This document shows positions 48,318 to 52,843 of a stretch of 52,843 bases of DNA, piece by piece; within the stretch, counting starts at the first letter, position 1; every line of letters begins with the position of its first letter. Origin of the DNA: Nemertoderma westbladi (taxonomy: Eukaryota > Animalia > Xenacoelomorpha); the NCBI GenBank assembly GCA_032718475.1, contig JAUCBJ010006092.1:1-52843 (forward strand), written 5' to 3'. Position numbers and translations under genes: made by a program. Below the pieces are notes generated by a model, which saw nothing but the letters and a program-made list of their open reading frames with translations, was not told where the DNA came from and did no database searches.

Positions 48318-51300
48318 CTGTGTCGGATCTGTTGGTTCTATAGTGTGGTTACTGTGTCGGATCTGTTGGTTCTATAGTGTGGTTACTGTGTCGGATCTGT
48401 TGCTTCTATAGTGTGGTTACTGTGTCGGATCAGTTGCTTCTATAGTGTGGTTACTGTGTCGGATCAGTTGCTTCTATAGTGTGGTTACTGTGTCGGATCT
48501 GTTGCTTCTATAGTGTGGTTACTGTGTCGGATCTGTTGATTCTATAGTGTGGTTACTGTGTCGGATCTGTTGCTATTATAGTGTGGTTACTGTGTCGGAA
48601 CTGTTGCTTCTATAGTGTGGTTACTGTGTCGGATCTGTTGCTTCTATAGTGTGGTTACTGTGTCGGATCTGTTGCTTCAATAGTGTGGTTACTGTGTCGG
48701 ATCTGTTGCTTCTATAGTGTGGTTACTGTGTCGGATCAGTTGCTTCTATAGTGTGGTTACTGTGTCGGATCAGTTGCTTCTATAGTGTGGTTACTGTGTC
48801 GGATCAGTTGCTTCTATAGTGTGGTTACTGTGTCGGATCAGTTGCTTCTATAGTGTGGTTACTGTGTCGGATCAGTTGCTTCTATAGTGTGGTTACTGTG
48901 TCGGATCTGTTGCTTCTATAGTGTGGTTACTGTGTCGGATCAGTTGCTTCTATAGTGTGGTTACTGTGTCGGATCAGTTGCTTCTATAGTGTGGTTACTG
49001 TGTCGGATCAGTTGCTTCTATAGTGTGGTTACTGTGTCGGATCTGTTGCTTCTATAGTGTGGTTGCTGTGTCGGATCTGTTGCTTCAATAGTGTGGTTAC
49101 TGTGTCGGATCTGTTGCTTCTATAGTGTGGTTACTGTGTCGGATCTGTTGCTTCTATAGTGTGGTTACTGTGTCGGATCTGTTGCTATTATAGTGTGGTT
49201 ACTGTGTCGGATCTGTTGCTTCTATAGTGTGGTTACTGTGTCAGATCTGTTGCTTCTATAGTGTGGTTACTGTGTCGGATCTGTTGCTTCTATAGTGTGG
49301 TTACTGTGTCGGATCTGTTGCTATTATAGTGTGGTTACTGTGTCGGATCTGTTGCTTCTATAGTGTGGTTACTGTGTCGGATCTGTTGCTATTATAGTGT
49401 GGTTACTGTGTCGGATCTGTTGCTTCTATAGTGTGGTTACTGTGTCGGATCTGTTGCTTCTATAGTGTGGTTACTGTGTCGGATCTGTTGCTTCTATAGT
49501 GTGGTTACTGTGTCGGATCTGTTGCTTCTATAGTGTGGTTACTGTGTCGGATCTGTTGCTTCTATAGTGTGGTTACTGTGTCGGATCTGTTGCTATTATA
49601 GTGTGGTTACTGTGTCGGATCTGTTGCTTCTATAGTGTGGTTACTGTGTCGGATCTGTTGCTATTATAGTGTGGTTACTGTGTCGGATCTGTTGCTTCTA
49701 TAGTGTGGTTACTGTGTCGGATCTGTTGCTTCTATAGTGTGGTTACTGTGTCGGATCTGTTGCTATTATAGTGTGGTTACTGTGTCGGATCTGTTACTTC
49801 TATAGTGTGGTTACTGTGTCGGATCTGTTGCTTCTATAGTGTGGTTACTGTGTCGGATCTGTTGCTATTATAGTGTGGTTACTGTGTCGGATCTGTTGCT
49901 TCTATAGTGTGGTTACTGTGTCGGATCTGTTGCTTCTATAGTGTGGTTACTGTGTCGGATCTGTTGCTTCTATAGTGTGGTTACTGTGTCGGATATGTTG
50001 CTTCTATAGTGTGGTTACTGTGTCGGATCAGTTGCTTCTATAGTGTGGTTACTGTGTCGGATCTGTTGCTTCTATAGTCTGGTTACTGTGTCGGATCTGT
50101 TGCTTCTATAGTGTGGTTACTGTGTCGGATCTGTTGCTATTATAGTGTGGTTACTGTGTCGGATCTGTTACTTCTATAGTGTGGTTACTGTGTCGGATCT
50201 GTTACTTCTATAGTGTGGTTACTGTGTCGGATCTGTTGCTATTATAGTGTGGTTACTGTGTCGGATCTGTTGCTTCTATAGTGTGGTTACTGTGTCGGAT
50301 CTGTTGCTTCTATAGTGTGGTTACTGTGTCGGATCTGTTGCTTCTATAGTGTGGTTACTGTGTCGGATCTGTTGCTATTATAGTGTGGTTACTGTGTCGG
50401 ATCAGTTGCTTCTATAGTGTGGTTACTGTGTCGGATCTGTTGCTTCTATAGTGTGGTTACTGTGTCGGATCTGTTGCTTCTATAGTGTGGTTACTGTGTC
50501 GGATCTGTTGCTTCTATAGTGTGGTTACTGTGTCGGATCTGTTGCTATTATAGTGTGGTTACTGTGTCGGATCAGTTGCTTCTATAGTGTGGTTACTGTG
50601 TCGGATCTGTTGCTTCTATAGTGTGGTTACTGTGTCGGATCAGTTGCTTCTATAGTGTGGTTACTGTGTCGGATCAGTTGCTTCTATAGTGTGGTTACTG
50701 TGTCGGATCAGTTGCTTCTATAGTGTGGTTACTGTGTCGGATCTGTTGCTTCTATAGTGTGGTTACTGTGTCGGATCTGTTGCTTCTATAGTGTGGTTAC
50801 TGTGTCGGATCTGTTGCTTCTATAGTGTGGTTACTGTGTCGGATCTGTTGCTTCTATAGTGTGGTTACTGTGTCGGATCTGTTGCTATTATAGTGTGGTT
50901 ACTGTGTCGGATCTGTTACTTCTATAGTGTGGTTACTGTGTCGGATCTGTTGCTTCTATAGTGTGGTTACTGTGTCGGATCTGTTGCTATTATAGTGTGG
51001 TTACTGTGTCGGATCTGTTACTTCTATAGTGTGGTTACTGTGTCGGATCTGTTGCTTCTATAGTGTGGTTACTGTGTCGGATCTGTTGCTATTATAGTGT
51101 GGTTACTGTGTCGGATCTGTTGCTTCTATAGTGTGGTTACTGTGTCGGATCTGTTGCTTCTATAGTGTGGTTACTGTGTCGGATCTGTTGCTTCTATAGT
51201 GTGGTTACTGTGTCGGATCTGTTGCTTCTATAATGTGGTTACTGTGTCGGAACTGTTGCTTCTATAGTGTGGTTACTGTGTCGGATCTGTTGCTTCTATA

Positions 51301-51351
51301 GTGTGGTTACTGTGTCGGATCTGTTGCTTCTATAATGTGGTTACTGTGTCG
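48318..51351. repeat. 34-bp tandem array, about 89 copies
   Basis: Unit CTGTGTCGGATCTGTTGCTTCTATAGTGTGGTTA. Confidence 0.97.
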
Positions 51352-51707
51352 TCTGCAAATAAATGATACTGGACAGTAATTGAGCAGAGTAGGCCAACAT
51401 TTGTTAGTATCACACAAACAAATGTAAAGTGGATCATGTTTGAATATATCAATATCTATGGTATCCAATGTTGCCATAGATGTAACAATACCAATGCTGT
51501 TGCTTTGCCATTACCTTTATCAAAACTTTTCGGCCAAAGTGATACCTGGAAATTTGGTAGTGCTGTGACACCATAGTGTTATGGAAGTTCACAATTCAAA
51601 AATTTACTATTCTTGCCCCCCCCCCCCCCCCCCCCCCTCCCCCCTTCAAGTTCATGCTTATTTACTTCAGCGCTCTAGAAACCTTTATAAAAATGTTCAT
51701 ATCAGCA

Positions 51708-51830
51708 CATATTATGTATCACATATTATGTATCACATATTATGTATCACATATTATGTATCACATATTATGTATCACATATTATGTATCACATATTATG
51801 TATCACATATTATGTATCACATATTATGTA
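51708..51830. repeat. 14-bp tandem array, about 9 copies
   Basis: Unit ATCACATATTATGT. Confidence 0.95.
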
Positions 51831-52068
51831 CCTACTTTGAAAATTTCAAAGAGTGCGAAGACCAGTTTTAACTTTTCTGAAACAAAAATTTGCACATCTG
51901 CGAATTTAAAGGCGCTAAATTTTCTGCCATTCGATTGTAAGGTAAAGTAAAAGTAAATTTTCTTCGACCGTTAGGCCAGTGAATGTTACAAAAATCCATT
52001 GGTTTAGTCAAATAGTCACACACCCCCGCTCTGTGCAGCTAATTAATGGTATAAACAGTTCGTATAAA

Positions 52069-52617
52069 CACGTTCGTGGGGCCTTCGCGCAGGACGAGGC
52101 TCGTTTATCAGATACTGATTAAAATTGAGCAATTCTATCCCAAAATCGGTACTTAAGATATTTAAATAAATAAATAAGAAATTTAACCAAACTGCCAATA
52201 AGAATAAATCAAAGAAGACTCCCTCGCTTCAACCTCTGCACCACCCCAACCCAAAGGAGCACAGAGGATTATTGAAAGGCCGAGGTATTAACTGGAAATT
52301 TGTGTTTTAAAAGTAATATAATATTTTTAGGTGTGGAACCAAACCAATTTGTAAAAATTATTAAAACTTACCTTATGCCGATAGTATTGATACTGAAGTA
52401 TTAATTTATTGGGTCAACACCTCAGAGGAATTATTATTTATTAGCTAATGATTTTAACTTGGAAAATTTCTAAACTTTTGCCAAACAACATGTGTACCAA
52501 GTTTGGACAGATTTCATTAAGATTTGGCTGAGTTATTAATGTTTAAAATTTAACACGTGAACAAAAGACACACCGATTGAGTTAGTTCTACCTGTATGCT
52601 AAGCTCGCTCGCCCCAC
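52069..52617 (-). mobile_element. HINE/DINE-like element, subfamily A, reverse orientation
   Basis: gtggggccttcgcgcag at about 52076, tttgccaaacaacatgtgtaccaagtttgg at about 52478 and gctcgccccac at about 52607 are reverse complements of motifs in 4280-5125. Confidence 0.65.
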
Positions 52618-52843
52618 ACACCAGTGCTTAATGGGGTTAAGATAAGATTCTTACCTTCTTGTACTCAGTGTAACTCCAACGCTAAAGACATATTATTGTT
52701 TACCACTTTGGTTTTTGCGAACACAGTTTCCTCTGTTCCTCAGTAAATCAATCCTAATCTCGTCCAATTCAGACTCACCGGATTGGGAGACCGGGTATTA
52801 GTATCGGGTATCCTACCAACGTAGTCGCATTCTATCCGACACG

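Noticed and set aside
48318-51351. 34-bp array as a junction array for LGIC exon 6 (contains ttgcttctatag|)
   Set aside because: The terminal copy lacks the AG and is not followed by the expected VLYSxR...Cys-loop coding sequence; similarity to exon 5 is too weak.

Overview
This is AT-rich, repeat-dense animal genomic DNA, probably from an invertebrate; the taxon cannot be determined from the sequence. The long ORFs in the supplied track are almost all by-products of tandem repeats. Hidden among the repeats is the 5' half of a + strand, intron-containing gene for a divergent anion-type Cys-loop ligand-gated ion channel subunit (GABA-A/glycine/GluCl-like). I could splice five coding exons by hand with matching phases: 12679-12746, 21340-21462, 32504-32669, 32970-33084 and 47810-47928 (591 nt, 197 aa; the gene continues past the window). 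The main observation is that the two largest satellites are amplified copies of this gene's own exon-intron junctions. About 100 copies of a 68-bp [3' splice site + start of exon 3] unit precede exon 3. About 188 copies of a 42-bp [end of exon 4 + GTAAGT donor] unit follow exon 4. In both cases the functional exon is the terminal copy, and use of a different copy runs into a stop codon. A 48-bp array (190-2451) and a 72-bp duplication (4011-4150) may show the same acceptor-amplification pattern in a possible non-coding minus-strand transcript. The remainder comprises decayed RTE-clade LINEs, tRNA-derived SINEs, a solo LTR, Helentron/DINE-like non-autonomous elements and several unrelated minisatellites.
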